From Gemmatimonas sp. (GTDB lineage Bacteria > Gemmatimonadota > Gemmatimonadetes > Gemmatimonadales > Gemmatimonadaceae), in the NCBI GenBank assembly GCA_031414535.1, contig JANNVQ010000037.1:1-64000 (forward strand): a DNA stretch of 64,000 bases, read 5' to 3'. The notes under the pieces are model-generated. The model did not search any database, had not been told where the DNA came from, and saw nothing but the letters and a program-made list of their open reading frames with translations. Both the position numbers and the translations under genes were made by a program. Positions within the stretch are counted from its first letter, which is position 1, and each line of letters begins with the position of its first letter. Below are positions 30,144 through 40,269 of the stretch, piece after piece.

Positions 30144-31610
30144 GTGCTGCTCCGCCACGGATTGCTCTCTGTTGGAATCTTGGCTTCTATCGGTGCCGGT
30201 GAGGTGTGTGCCCAACGCATTCCTCAAGTGGTGTCGAGCGGGCGCACGCGCGTGCTGGTGTCCGTGTTCGACGGAGCAAACCTCGAGGCGGAGCAGCGCA
30301 TTTTGAGCAGCGCTGTAAGCGCCTGCCGTCGCCGTTTTCCAGTCTCCGGTGCCGATTCTGCGGCATTCGTGAGCGTCCCAGCCCCGAGTTTCGATGTATC
30401 GCCGCGGGCCGGTGAAGCGTTTGTGGTCCTCACCATACTGCCGGAAGATCGGACCGCATCGCTCTGCGATCTCCCCGAAGACGCGGAACTCGTCGCTTTG
30501 CTGCGCGGAACCAGCATCACCGCGGACTCGGCGGCGCCCGCCGATCGCACCATTGAGAAGGTAGCCATCACACGTGATAGCGTTGCCGTTGACGTTCGCT
30601 CAGCACTGGTCCGTCCACTGCGCCGAATCGGTCCAAGCGGCCTCGCCCCGCCCACGCTCCGCTGGCATCGTCTCTTGATAGAGATTTCCAGTCTCGAGAC
30701 GCAACTCGCCATTGGCGCGTCGCCGTTGGTCGTGGAGGTCTCAATGGAACGTGGCGGGGCACGTGACCGCGTCGTCATCCCTAGTCGCGTAATCGAGCGC
30801 GCGTGGCGATCAGCAGCAGCAGAACGGTCGGCGCGATTGTTACGCACCGGTTCTCCGCCTATGGCGTTTGCGATGCCTAGCGACTCGATGCTAGCGCTCG
30901 CGATGACGGAGTATACCGAGGGCCGACTCGGATCAGCCGCCGCGCTCGCCACGAGACGCATTGACGAGCCTGGTCTTGGCCGTGGCGATCGCCGATTGGG
31001 CTTTGCGATGGCGGGCACCGCGATGCTCGCGCTCGACGACAGCATCGCTGGGACATTAGTTCTGAAGGCCTTGCTGCAATTTGAGCCATGCTTCCTGTTC
31101 GATGACGGCGCGCCGGAGATGATGAGTGCGCTCCTAGCCGCGCTACCGCGCCCGCGCGCTAGATGTACCGCGATGTCCTCTGGGCGGACCGCCTTGCGTG
31201 CTTCGCTGATGCCGGGTTTCGCGCGTCCTTTGGATGGGCGCTCAGCCGTTGATCGTTCGCGCGTCGGCGTTCTTCTGGTGGGAACGACTATTGCAGGCTT
31301 AGCACTGCAATCATCCGCACGAACGCTCTACGATGAATACCTCGCGTACGAGGTGACGATGTCCGAGCGCGATCAGGTCAGCCGTTTTACGATGCTGTTT
31401 GACCGCGCGGAGAACGCTCGACGTTCCGGCCGTGTTGTGTGGGCTGCGGGAGCTCTAGTATACGGCGCGCAAATTGTTCACACCGTGTGGCTGGAACGAC
31501 AGTTTGCGAATCGGCTTGATCAGGTTCGTGGTGGCGGCGAACCGCGGCGTTTGCGCGTCACTCCATGGTCGGATGGCAAGGGCCTTGGCTTGATGGCGAG
31601 CTTTCAATGA
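30144..31610 (+). CDS. Hypothetical exported protein (module gene A1): TPR-like helices and DUF5683-like C-terminus
   Basis: Signal peptide; EPCF...RPRARC..ASLMPGFARP; paralogue of 33510-34997. Confidence 0.75.
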   Translation: MLLRHGLLSVGILASIGAGEVCAQRIPQVVSSGRTRVLVSVFDGANLEAEQRILSSAVSACRRRFPVSGADSAAFVSVPAPSFDVSPRAGEAFVVLTILPEDRTASLCDLPEDAELVALLRGTSITADSAAPADRTIEKVAITRDSVAVDVRSALVRPLRRIGPSGLAPPTLRWHRLLIEISSLETQLAIGASPLVVEVSMERGGARDRVVIPSRVIERAWRSAAAERSARLLRTGSPPMAFAMPSDSMLALAMTEYTEGRLGSAAALATRRIDEPGLGRGDRRLGFAMAGTAMLALDDSIAGTLVLKALLQFEPCFLFDDGAPEMMSALLAALPRPRARCTAMSSGRTALRASLMPGFARPLDGRSAVDRSRVGVLLVGTTIAGLALQSSARTLYDEYLAYEVTMSERDQVSRFTMLFDRAENARRSGRVVWAAGALVYGAQIVHTVWLERQFANRLDQVRGGGEPRRLRVTPWSDGKGLGLMASFQ

Positions 31611-31990
31611 CTTGGCCTTTACGAATCTCTGCAACGGCTCGCAACTGCATCGTTGGAGTTGTCATTGTGTTCGGCGCCGGGGCCGCGTGCGTCGACGCTC
31701 CCTTCGCTAGGGCGAATCCCAATGATGCGGACGCCACGTTCACGATGGAGGTGGTGGCCTCCCGCGACACTCTCTCCTTGGAGAACCGCTACGCGGTTCT
31801 CCGCGTGCTTACAACTCCGGCGACGGGCGCGTACGAAGTTGTTTGGACCATGGAACCGGTCGGCACCATCAGCCACGTCGGCAATGGTGTGTTCGAGTAC
31901 GTATCTGGGCCAACCACCGTCGAGATCACGGTCACCGCGGCGTTTCGCGCCCGATCGGCGACCTACGTTCTCGTGAGGGCCGGCTACTAA
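31607..31990 (+). CDS. Small hypothetical lipoprotein (module gene B1)
   Basis: ATG 31607 overlaps the A1 stop; GAAC lipobox, then RANPND, VASRDT, HVGNGVF; paralogue of 34997-35347. Confidence 0.75.
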   Translation: MTWPLRISATARNCIVGVVIVFGAGAACVDAPFARANPNDADATFTMEVVASRDTLSLENRYAVLRVLTTPATGAYEVVWTMEPVGTISHVGNGVFEYVSGPTTVEITVTAAFRARSATYVLVRAGY

Positions 31991-31992
31991 TC

Positions 31993-33513
31993 ATGCGAAT
32001 ACCGACGCGAGTACGGTTTGGGGTTCTCTGTTGGGGCGCAGTGCTTACGGCCTTGGCCTGCGAGCGTCCCACTGAGCCGATCAGCGACGTCCTTACCCTC
32101 GAATCTGCGTGGACCGCTCCTGCCACCCTCTATGCTCCATACGCGTTTGTTGAGACGGTCCCTCGCGTCCGCGTGCTCGATCAGCTGGGGCGTCCCGTCT
32201 CCGGAGTGCGGGTCACGTTTCTAGCTTTGCGCGCCCCAGACTTCCCGTTCGTTCGCGAAGTGCGCTCTGATCGAGCGGGATATGCTGAACTCGACACGCT
32301 GTGGCGACTCGGGCGCACTGCCGGAGTTCAGTCGCTGTCGACCTACCTAGTATCAGGACAAAGCGGCGAACCCGTCGATTTCAGCGTTACCGTTGGTCCC
32401 GGTGCCGCGCAGCGTATCGGCATATCGCGTGACTCGGTAACGAATGTTCCCGTGGGGGACACAACGCAAATCGTGGGCACTTACCGAGATGCCTATGGCA
32501 ATGCCGTCGCTGGCGGTGCGCCTATATCGCTGTCATCCGGAACCCCCTCAGTGCTCAGCGTCGGTTCAAATGGTACCGCTATTGGATTAGCCGCCGGGCC
32601 GGCGTGGGTGGTGGCACAGGGCGGCGGCTTCCGCGACTCGACGCGAATGTTCGTCGGACCTTCGCTCACCGTACTGCGCACCGACTTCCCTGCAAACACA
32701 GGTATTGTGACACCGCAGGGGACAGTGTTCGGGTCCAATTGGAGTGCACTCGATCAGCGCGCGCCGCTCGCTGGCGGTCTCAAGGTGCTGATGTCCAACG
32801 GCGACGGGTTTAGCGATTTCGCTTACTCGTCTACAGAAAACGTCGTGTGGCGCGTCGGAGAGAGCTACACCGGACTCCGCGCGCTGAGCCCGGTGACGGG
32901 CGCGTTGCTGCGCAGTGTCGGTGCTGGTGGCCCATATATCAGGATTGCCTTGCACCCCAACGGCAGTGACGCGTTTGCGTCCCAGAACATTGGAACTCTG
33001 AATCGAATCAACACGGCGACTGGAGCTGTGACTGCATCGCCTCCACTGAACGGCTACCTGAATGGTATCGCGCTCGATGTTTCGCGGGGGCTTGTGTTCG
33101 TCAGCCGAACTGGGGATGGTCGAGTGTTCAAGCTCTCAATGTCCACCTTGGGCATCGTCGATTCGACGCTCCCCGGCGCAATCACACAGGCCATCGCGCT
33201 TTCGCCGGATGGCAACCGGCTCTTCGTCGCACGCGCGGACGGCGTGGAGGTACTGGATCCGGCTACCTTTGCGGTGCTTGGCCGGCTTTCCGGCGTCACG
33301 AACGCGTATGACATTGCCATCTCGCAGAAGGGGAGGGCGGTGATTGTCACTCAGAACGGTCCCGGTAAGGTCTGGGTGTTCGATTTGATAACTTTGGCAC
33401 TGCGATTCGAGGCAGTTGCCAGCGCGCCGCGGCGCATTCTCGTTGATCCGGTGTCGCACGACGGTATCATTCTCGACGCGACGAACAGGCTCTACCGGCT
33501 GCGACCCCGATGA
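31993..33513 (+). CDS. Lipoprotein with two bacterial Ig-like domains and a YVTN-like beta-propeller (module gene C1)
   Basis: ATG 31993; ALAC lipobox; VRVLDQLGRPVSGVRVTF (Big_1-like); VGDT..RDAYGN..VLSVGSNG (Big_2-like); IALSPDGNRLFVA repeats. Confidence 0.8.
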   Translation: MRIPTRVRFGVLCWGAVLTALACERPTEPISDVLTLESAWTAPATLYAPYAFVETVPRVRVLDQLGRPVSGVRVTFLALRAPDFPFVREVRSDRAGYAELDTLWRLGRTAGVQSLSTYLVSGQSGEPVDFSVTVGPGAAQRIGISRDSVTNVPVGDTTQIVGTYRDAYGNAVAGGAPISLSSGTPSVLSVGSNGTAIGLAAGPAWVVAQGGGFRDSTRMFVGPSLTVLRTDFPANTGIVTPQGTVFGSNWSALDQRAPLAGGLKVLMSNGDGFSDFAYSSTENVVWRVGESYTGLRALSPVTGALLRSVGAGGPYIRIALHPNGSDAFASQNIGTLNRINTATGAVTASPPLNGYLNGIALDVSRGLVFVSRTGDGRVFKLSMSTLGIVDSTLPGAITQAIALSPDGNRLFVARADGVEVLDPATFAVLGRLSGVTNAYDIAISQKGRAVIVTQNGPGKVWVFDLITLALRFEAVASAPRRILVDPVSHDGIILDATNRLYRLRPR

Positions 33514-34997
33514 TACGCGCCTTCCGTTGGCCGGTGCTTGCCTCCATTGTATCGCTCATCGCATTCGCATCGCCTTTGGAGAGCCAGGCATCCGCTCCGG
33601 TTCCGCAGACGCTGCGCGGGACGCGGGCGGAGGCCGTGTTGCTTGTCCCGGGCCCCAAGTCCGAGTCAAGCGAACTGCGCGCGCTCGCCGAGTTTGTTCG
33701 ATCCTGTCGCGTTGCCTTTGATATCAGCGCGAGCGACAGCGCAACGATCGTCTCGCGAATAGCCACTGCGCCTTCGATTGCCGATGCCGAACAGGCCAAC
33801 ATCGTGGTCCTGTATCTCGTGCCGGTAGAGCCGCTGGAACCACGCTGCGCACGAGGCCCAGCCGCCGCCCTCGCGGCGACGCGCGGTTTGCGCGCCTCGT
33901 TCGACAGTAGCTTCGCCGCCGATCGCAGCATTCAGTCAGCGTCGTTCTCCTTCGCTGGCCGATCAGTACAGCCCGTAAGTCTTGAGCGCGCGCGCGTTCA
34001 GCGTCTCTGGAAGGGAGGCATACGCGAACCCGGCAGCGAGCTGCTTCGTGCGGTCCTTCGCTTGGACGACCTCGCCGTTCAGCCAGGCGTGGGCATGCCG
34101 GACTTGCGAATCGACCTCGAACTCGGAGGAGACGGAGTTCGCGAGGCCCTCATGATTCCCGGAGAGGTGTTGGTCGACGTGTGGCTCGCCCAACTTCCGC
34201 GCCGAGCTGAAGGTCTCAAGGCCGAGCCGCAGCGCTATCTGCTCCCGCAACCCGAGGACCCTCGATTGCGGCGCGCGCGGGAGTCCTTCGCCGCGGGTGA
34301 TGTCGGGCACGCGATAGCGGACGCGTTGGCTCGAGTCGAGGGCCCGGGATTGAGCCAAGCGGAGCGGCTGTTTGCGTATGCACAGTCGGGGCTAGGCTTC
34401 GCTGCGGCAGGAGACTCCACCGCGGCCCGAGCTGTCCTACTTCTGGCGGGCAGGGTCGAGCCCTGCTTTGGCCTCTCGCCTTCGGCACCTGCTGCGTATC
34501 GGACGCTAGTGGAGAGCACGCCTCGTCCCAGTGCGCGTTGCTACAGCAATTCATCGGTCGTAACCGTCGCACGCGCGGCCTTGTTGCCTGGTTTTGGTCG
34601 GCCTTCCACTATGCGACTGCGCCTTGATCAGATCGGCGTGGCGGCCCTCGTCATCGGAAGCTCCGCTCTCTCGATGAGCGCCTTCAGTCAATCGGCATCC
34701 AGCTATCAGGACTATCTCGACTGGCAGTACGTGCCGGGGGATAGTCCTCCAAACGACGCACTGGATCGCATTTATCGGGATGCAAGCTCGGCGCAGGACC
34801 GAGGGGTTTCGCTTCGAATGTTCGCTGTGTCTGTATACACCGCACAATTTGTGTGGAGTGTCGTTGCGGAACGTCGGCTTGCCTCTCGTCTGCGGGCAGT
34901 TGAGTCGCTGGGCGGAATGCGAGGGAGCCAGGGTGTTTCGGTAATTCCCATATTCGCTCCTGGCCGCGCGGGATTGGCCATGACGGTGACTTGGTGA
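33510..34997 (+). CDS. Hypothetical exported protein (module gene A2), paralogue of A1
   Basis: Signal peptide; EPCF...RPSARC..AALLPGFGRP; ends GLAMTVTW. Confidence 0.75.
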   Translation: MIRAFRWPVLASIVSLIAFASPLESQASAPVPQTLRGTRAEAVLLVPGPKSESSELRALAEFVRSCRVAFDISASDSATIVSRIATAPSIADAEQANIVVLYLVPVEPLEPRCARGPAAALAATRGLRASFDSSFAADRSIQSASFSFAGRSVQPVSLERARVQRLWKGGIREPGSELLRAVLRLDDLAVQPGVGMPDLRIDLELGGDGVREALMIPGEVLVDVWLAQLPRRAEGLKAEPQRYLLPQPEDPRLRRARESFAAGDVGHAIADALARVEGPGLSQAERLFAYAQSGLGFAAAGDSTAARAVLLLAGRVEPCFGLSPSAPAAYRTLVESTPRPSARCYSNSSVVTVARAALLPGFGRPSTMRLRLDQIGVAALVIGSSALSMSAFSQSASSYQDYLDWQYVPGDSPPNDALDRIYRDASSAQDRGVSLRMFAVSVYTAQFVWSVVAERRLASRLRAVESLGGMRGSQGVSVIPIFAPGRAGLAMTVTW

Positions 34998-35347
34998 TGA
35001 AGACCTCATTCCGCTTCGCTTGCACCCTTGCGGTGTTCGTTGCGTCGGGCTGTTCGGAGCCGACGCTGCCGCGTGTGAATCCCAACGACGAATTCGGCTC
35101 GTTTGATATTCGCATTGTTGCGAGCAGGGACACCGTCAGCGGAGCCAGTCCTCTCGTCGTGCTGAGGTTGGTCAGCGAGCCGCAGTTTTTCGGCTACACG
35201 CCTACGTGGACGTCTTCTCCGGCCGGCGTGCTGATTCACGATGGTGACGGTGTGTTTCGTGCGCTTAGCGGCCCGGCTACCAGCGTGTTAGTTACCGCGC
35301 GTTTTCTCGGTAACGCAGCATCCTACACGCTCTACCGCGTTCCATGA
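34997..35347 (+). CDS. Small hypothetical lipoprotein (module gene B2), paralogue of B1
   Basis: ASGC lipobox, RVNPND, VASRDT, HDGDGVF. Confidence 0.75.
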   Translation: MKTSFRFACTLAVFVASGCSEPTLPRVNPNDEFGSFDIRIVASRDTVSGASPLVVLRLVSEPQFFGYTPTWTSSPAGVLIHDGDGVFRALSGPATSVLVTARFLGNAASYTLYRVP

Positions 35348-36894
35348 CGCGCTCGCGACCGACATCCGCATACCTTGCCGCGCTCGTCCTAGCCACGGTC
35401 GCAGTCGCCTGCGCTGACTTACCGACCCCGGCTGCAGCGCGTGTGCACCTCGAAGCCGCTTGGACGCCGCCGACGACGCCATTTGGCTTTCAGGATACTG
35501 TGCCAGGCACGCCCGCTGTCCGCGCGCTCGATGACGCCGACCGGCCTGTCAAGGATCTGCGTGTGCTGTTCGTACTCTACAGGCCCTCTCTCCCTTCCGT
35601 GTCAGTAATAACCGTGACAGGCCCAGATGGCATCGCTGAGCTTCCTATTCGATGGGTGACGGGAAATCGCGTCGGGGAGCAGAAGCTCGTCGCCTTGACG
35701 CCCGATGGGATGGACGGCGATCCGGTGGAGTTTTCGGTGCAACTCGTTGCGGGACCCGCGACAGCGCTGACCCTGTCGCTTCCCAGCGGCGGCGCGCTCC
35801 TGAACGTCGGAGATACCGTTCTTACCAGACTCTCGTTTCGCGATGCCGCTGGCAATGTTGTGAGTGCGCCGGCGACACCGACGTTTCAATCATCCAATAG
35901 CGCCGTGGCGCGGGTAAGCTCTGCAGGGGTTGTCGTTGCGTCCGGCCACGGCACCGCAATAATCGTGGCCATGTCAGCCGCACTTGCGGATACGGTCGCA
36001 GTCGGCGTGCGCAATCCCATTCAGCCTCAGTTCACACTGTCGGCCGTCCCCGGTGAGATTGCGCAAATGCTGGAAGCGGCGCCCGGAAGCCTGGCGTTCA
36101 GCGCTAAGTATATTTTTGAACCCGTTGTGTATCGAAGTAATCTCACCAACGGTTCGCGCACATCGCTCGGACTCCCAACCGGCTTGCTGGACTTAGCGTT
36201 TGTGCCATCCCGCAACGAGCTCTGGGCGAGCTCGGCGACCGCCGCGCGCTACTATCGCGTCAGCCTGAGTCCATTCGCTCTTGTCGATTCTGTCGCGGTG
36301 ACCCACACCTTCTTGCGTTTCGACACCGCTCCACTGACTGGAATAGTCTACGGAACCGGATTCAACGGTGCCGTGACGCGAATCAATCCCGCCGACGGAA
36401 GCATGATTACTCGCTCGCCGTTGAGTGGTGGCGAGGTCAACGGCATCGCATTTACGCCCAATGGGGCCGCCGTTTTCCTGTCCAGGCTTTTCCCCGCAGC
36501 CTTAATGAAGCTCGATGCGGCCACCTTGGTACCGAGTGACTCCGCATCCTTTTCGGGATCCGCGCAAGCCGTCGAGGTAGATCGGACTGGCACTTACCTT
36601 TTCGTGGCAGTGAGTGGCGCTTTGCAGGTTCGGCGCGCCAGCGACCTCTCGTTGGTGACCACCCTTCCGGGGATCATCGACGCATACGACATCAAGGCGG
36701 CGCCCACCGGCGACGCCATCGTGGTGACGCGCCTCGCGAATCCAGGCCGGATCTGGGCGCTGGACCCTCTCACGTTCGAAATCTTCTTTGAGCAGGCGAC
36801 CCTCACACCCCGGCGTATCATCGTGGATGAGGCCACAGGCAGCTTCTGGATCGGCACGGACCAAGCACAACTGCTCCGGCTCCAGCGGCAGTAG
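35344..36894 (+). CDS. Lipoprotein with Ig-like domains and beta-propeller (module gene C2), paralogue of C1
   Basis: AVAC lipobox; VRALDDADRPV, FQSSNSAVARVSSAGVV (Big_2-like), NGIAFTPNG, AYDI, PRRIIVD. Confidence 0.8.
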   Translation: MTRSRPTSAYLAALVLATVAVACADLPTPAAARVHLEAAWTPPTTPFGFQDTVPGTPAVRALDDADRPVKDLRVLFVLYRPSLPSVSVITVTGPDGIAELPIRWVTGNRVGEQKLVALTPDGMDGDPVEFSVQLVAGPATALTLSLPSGGALLNVGDTVLTRLSFRDAAGNVVSAPATPTFQSSNSAVARVSSAGVVVASGHGTAIIVAMSAALADTVAVGVRNPIQPQFTLSAVPGEIAQMLEAAPGSLAFSAKYIFEPVVYRSNLTNGSRTSLGLPTGLLDLAFVPSRNELWASSATAARYYRVSLSPFALVDSVAVTHTFLRFDTAPLTGIVYGTGFNGAVTRINPADGSMITRSPLSGGEVNGIAFTPNGAAVFLSRLFPAALMKLDAATLVPSDSASFSGSAQAVEVDRTGTYLFVAVSGALQVRRASDLSLVTTLPGIIDAYDIKAAPTGDAIVVTRLANPGRIWALDPLTFEIFFEQATLTPRRIIVDEATGSFWIGTDQAQLLRLQRQ

Positions 36895-36931
36895 GGCTAG
36901 CGCTGCCCCGGAATCTGGCCCGGCCCATTCA

Positions 36932-36960
36932 TTGAAACGCCTCGGGGCCGAGGGTAGCTT
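36932..36960 (+). promoter_or_regulatory. Putative sigma70 promoter giving a leaderless mRNA for the mutase small subunit
   Basis: TTGAAA (36932-37), 17 bp, TAGCTT (36955-60), 6 nt, then ATG. Confidence 0.65.
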
Positions 36961-36966
36961 CAAGGC

Positions 36967-37380
36967 ATGTCCCGACCCATTCGCGTTCTCGTCGCCAAGC
37001 CCGGTCTCGATGGTCACGACCGCGGCGCCAAGGTCGTCGCTGCCGCCCTCCGCGACGCCGGTATGGAAGTCATCTACACCGGCCTGCATCAAACCCCAGA
37101 GATGATCGCCTCGGCCGCCGTCCAAGAGGACGTGGACGTGGTGGGCTTGAGCATCCTCTCCGGCGCTCACATGACCCTCTTCCCGCGGGTCCTGCAGTTG
37201 CTCCGCGAGCAGGGCCGCGATGACGTGCTCATTACGGGTGGTGGGATCATTCCCAAGGAGGATATGGCGGCCCTCGAAACGCTGGGTGTAGGCAAGCTCT
37301 TCGGTCCGGGCACGACCACGTCGGATCTGGTGGACTACATCAAGGCTTGGTTCGCCGCGCGACAGTCGCAGGAAGCGTGA
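36967..37380 (+). CDS. Cobalamin-binding small subunit of acyl-CoA mutase
   Basis: [12 protein letters not shown] (DxHxxG), [15 protein letters not shown]. Confidence 0.95.
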   Translation: MSRPIRVLVAKPGLDGHDRGAKVVAAALRDAGMEVIYTGLHQTPEMIASAAVQEDVDVVGLSILSGAHMTLFPRVLQLLREQGRDDVLITGGGIIPKEDMAALETLGVGKLFGPGTTTSDLVDYIKAWFAARQSQEA

Positions 37381-39032
37381 GCCAAGTAGCAAAGACCAGC
37401 ACCGGCGCGGCAGCAGCTTCCACTCGGCTCCGCCAACTCGCCGAGGACTGCCGTGCACTCGAGGCCAAGCTGCGCTTGGGCGGTGGCCCCGACCGCATCG
37501 CCAAGCAACATGCGCAGGGCAAGCTCACCGCCCGCGAACGCGTCGCCACCCTCAAGGACCCTGGCTCGCACTTCCTCGAGTTCGGCTTGCTCGTTGCGCA
37601 CGATATGTACGAGGGAGAAGCCCCCGGCGCAGGCGTCATTACGGGCATCGTACAGGTTGAAGGCCGTGAATGCGTGGTCGTAGCGAACGACGCCACGGTG
37701 AAGGCCGGCTCTTGGTGGCCTGAGACCATCCCCAAGATTCTGCGCGCGCAAGAATGCGCGATGCGCTGCCGCATTCCCATCATCTACTTGGTGGACTCCG
37801 CTGGCGTGAACCTCCCGTATCAGGGAGGCGTGTTCCCAGGGCAGTACGGTGCGGCGCGCATCTTCTATTACAACTCGCTGATGCGCCGCTATCTGCGCAT
37901 TCCGCAGATCGCCGCCGTTATGGGGCAGTGCGTGGCCGGTGGTGCATACCTCCCGGCGCTCAGCGACGTGATCTTGATGGTGAAGGGCAGTTCCTTCATG
38001 GGACTCGGCGGGCCGAACCTCGTGAAGGGTGCCACGGGTCAGCAGGTGGATGGCGAGACGCTTGGCGGCGCCACCATGCACACCACAGTGAGTGGTGTGG
38101 CGCATTACGCCGCCGAGAACGACGAGGATTGCCTGCGCATGGTGCGTGAGCAGATCTCTCGCCTCGCGCCGCCGCCGCGCGTCGCTCCACATGATCCATC
38201 TGCAAAGGCTGGCGCCGAACCGGAGTCGCTGTACGATGCGCTGCCGAGCGACCATCGAATGTCCTACGATATGCGTGAAGTGCTCAAGGCGCTGCTCGAC
38301 GACGGCAAACTCGATGAGTTCCAGCCGCAGCTCGCGAAGGAAATGCTCTGCGGCGATGCGCGCATCGAGGGTATCCCAGTCGGCGTGATTGCCAACGCGC
38401 GCGGACTCATCAAGGGCCGTGAAGGCGAGAAGCCACGCTTTGGCGGCATCATCTACGCTGAGAGCGCCGAGAAGGTGGCCTTCTTCATTGATCGCTGCGA
38501 CCGCCAGGGAATCCCGCTGCTGTTCGTCCAGGACGTTTCTGGATTCATGGTCGGCAAGGAATCCGAGCACGAGGGAATCATTCGTGCGGGTGCGCGGTGG
38601 GTCGAAGCGATGGCCACGGCGACGGTGCCCAAGATTGTGCTCACGGTGAATCACGCGAGCGGTGCCGGCTACTACGCGATGGCAGGGCAGGGCTTCGATC
38701 CCGATTTCATCCTGTCTTGGCCCACCGGGCGTATGGCGGTCATGGAGGGCGAGGCCGCCGTTGCCGCGGTGCATGGCACGGCGCTCGAAGCCGCGAAGAA
38801 GACGGGTGCCGAGCCTTCAGCATCGGTGAAGGCTTCCATAGACGCGATGCGCGAGGACTACGAGCATCAATTGGACGCGCGGTACGCTGGTGCGCGCGGC
38901 TACATCGACGCAATCGTCTATCCCGAGGATACGCGCGACATTTTGGCGATGGCGCTTCGTGCGGCGTGGCAGAACCCGGGCCCACATCTGGGACCTTACG
39001 TTATTCCGCCCTTCGCCGGAGTTGGGCGTTGA
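37377..39032 (+). CDS. Acyl-CoA carboxylase carboxyltransferase (beta) subunit, methylcrotonyl-CoA carboxylase-like
   Basis: [40 protein letters not shown]. Confidence 0.92.
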   Translation: MSQVAKTSTGAAAASTRLRQLAEDCRALEAKLRLGGGPDRIAKQHAQGKLTARERVATLKDPGSHFLEFGLLVAHDMYEGEAPGAGVITGIVQVEGRECVVVANDATVKAGSWWPETIPKILRAQECAMRCRIPIIYLVDSAGVNLPYQGGVFPGQYGAARIFYYNSLMRRYLRIPQIAAVMGQCVAGGAYLPALSDVILMVKGSSFMGLGGPNLVKGATGQQVDGETLGGATMHTTVSGVAHYAAENDEDCLRMVREQISRLAPPPRVAPHDPSAKAGAEPESLYDALPSDHRMSYDMREVLKALLDDGKLDEFQPQLAKEMLCGDARIEGIPVGVIANARGLIKGREGEKPRFGGIIYAESAEKVAFFIDRCDRQGIPLLFVQDVSGFMVGKESEHEGIIRAGARWVEAMATATVPKIVLTVNHASGAGYYAMAGQGFDPDFILSWPTGRMAVMEGEAAVAAVHGTALEAAKKTGAEPSASVKASIDAMREDYEHQLDARYAGARGYIDAIVYPEDTRDILAMALRAAWQNPGPHLGPYVIPPFAGVGR

Positions 39033-40081
39033 ACGACGCACTCGTGGTGTACGGCGCTACCGGGTACACCGGACGCCTGATTATCCAGGAAGCCGTCGCG
39101 CAGGGTCTGCGCCCGGTCGTTGCGGGGCGCAACGCTGAGGCGGTGCGCGCGATGGCCAGTGAGTTCGGCCTTGAGGGTCGGGTTGCTTCGCTGGATGATC
39201 CCGCCCGCTTGGACGCCGCATTTGCGGGCATGCGCGTGGTGCTCAACTGCGCGGGCCCTTTCCACTCGCGCGCCTGGCCCGTGGTGGACGCCTGCTTCAG
39301 GCTTGGTCTTCATTACCTCGACATCACCGGTGAGATCGTGGTGTTTGAGCGCCTCGCTGCTATGGGCGCGAAGGCCAGCAAGGCGGGCATCTCCCTGATT
39401 CCTGGCGTGGGCTTCGACGTGGTCCCCAGTGATTGCCTCGCGGCGCGCCTGAAGGCGCGCCTACCGAGCGCGACGCATCTGGAGTTGGCGTTCACCGGCG
39501 GTGTGGGGCTTTCGCGGGGCACCGCGACCACCATCGTCGAAGGCATCGCCAAGGGTGGGGCCGTGCGTCGCAACGGGAAGATTGTCCCGGTGCCGCAGGC
39601 ATATGCCACCCGCGAGATCGACTACGGGAGTCGTGTGCTCACCAGCATGACGATTCCTTGGGGCGATGTGTCCACGGCCTTCCACTCGACCGGGATTCCC
39701 AACATCACCGTGTACACGGCGGTGCATCCCAAAACCGTGAGTCGTCTGCGGCTGACGCGGCCCTTTGCCGCGCTGCTCGGCACACGCTTGGTGCAGCGCT
39801 TCCTGCTGGCGAGGGCCGCCAAGGTGAAGGGTCCCAACCAGGCCAAGCGCGCGGCGGCTCAGAGCCGCCTCTGGGGCGAAGCCCGCGACGCCGCGGGCAA
39901 CACGGTGGTCTCGCTCCTTTCGGCCGCTGAGGGGTACGACCTGACGGCCATGACGGCCGTTGCCGCTGCGAAGCGTGTCTTGGCGGGAGGCGTTCCGGTC
40001 GGGTTCCAGACTCCGTCCTTGGCTTTTGGTGCGGATTTCATACTTCAGGCGCCAGGCAGCAGGTTTGAGGACATCCTGTGA
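39029..40081 (+). CDS. Saccharopine dehydrogenase family oxidoreductase
   Basis: From TTG 39029: YGATGYTG, AGRN, NCAGPF, YLDITGE, GFDVVPSD. Confidence 0.9.
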   Translation: MNDALVVYGATGYTGRLIIQEAVAQGLRPVVAGRNAEAVRAMASEFGLEGRVASLDDPARLDAAFAGMRVVLNCAGPFHSRAWPVVDACFRLGLHYLDITGEIVVFERLAAMGAKASKAGISLIPGVGFDVVPSDCLAARLKARLPSATHLELAFTGGVGLSRGTATTIVEGIAKGGAVRRNGKIVPVPQAYATREIDYGSRVLTSMTIPWGDVSTAFHSTGIPNITVYTAVHPKTVSRLRLTRPFAALLGTRLVQRFLLARAAKVKGPNQAKRAAAQSRLWGEARDAAGNTVVSLLSAAEGYDLTAMTAVAAAKRVLAGGVPVGFQTPSLAFGADFILQAPGSRFEDIL

Positions 40082-40269
40082 TGTCCGTACATCAGGCCAA
40101 GATCGTGCTGGCGATAGCTGGTTTGCTCGTGTTCTTTAGCGGAGCCAAATTAGGCTTCGGATGGTTGCGCTGGGCCGGCATCGCACTCGTGGCGGCGGCT
40201 TGGTTGCTCCGGTTTTACAAGGGTCGCTTAGTCGCGCCTGCAACGCCCACTTCCTCGGAGGATTCATGA
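40081..40269 (+). CDS. Small two-TM hypothetical protein
   Basis: Two hydrophobic helices; coupled to both neighbours. Confidence 0.6.
   Translation: MSVHQAKIVLAIAGLLVFFSGAKLGFGWLRWAGIALVAAAWLLRFYKGRLVAPATPTSSEDS

Noticed and set aside
37335..38774. Long antisense ORFs (for example 37335-38774, 15240-16280, 21786-22814, 53211-54188, 62849-63814)
   Set aside because: Shadow frames opposite well-supported genes, expected in high-GC DNA; no motifs.
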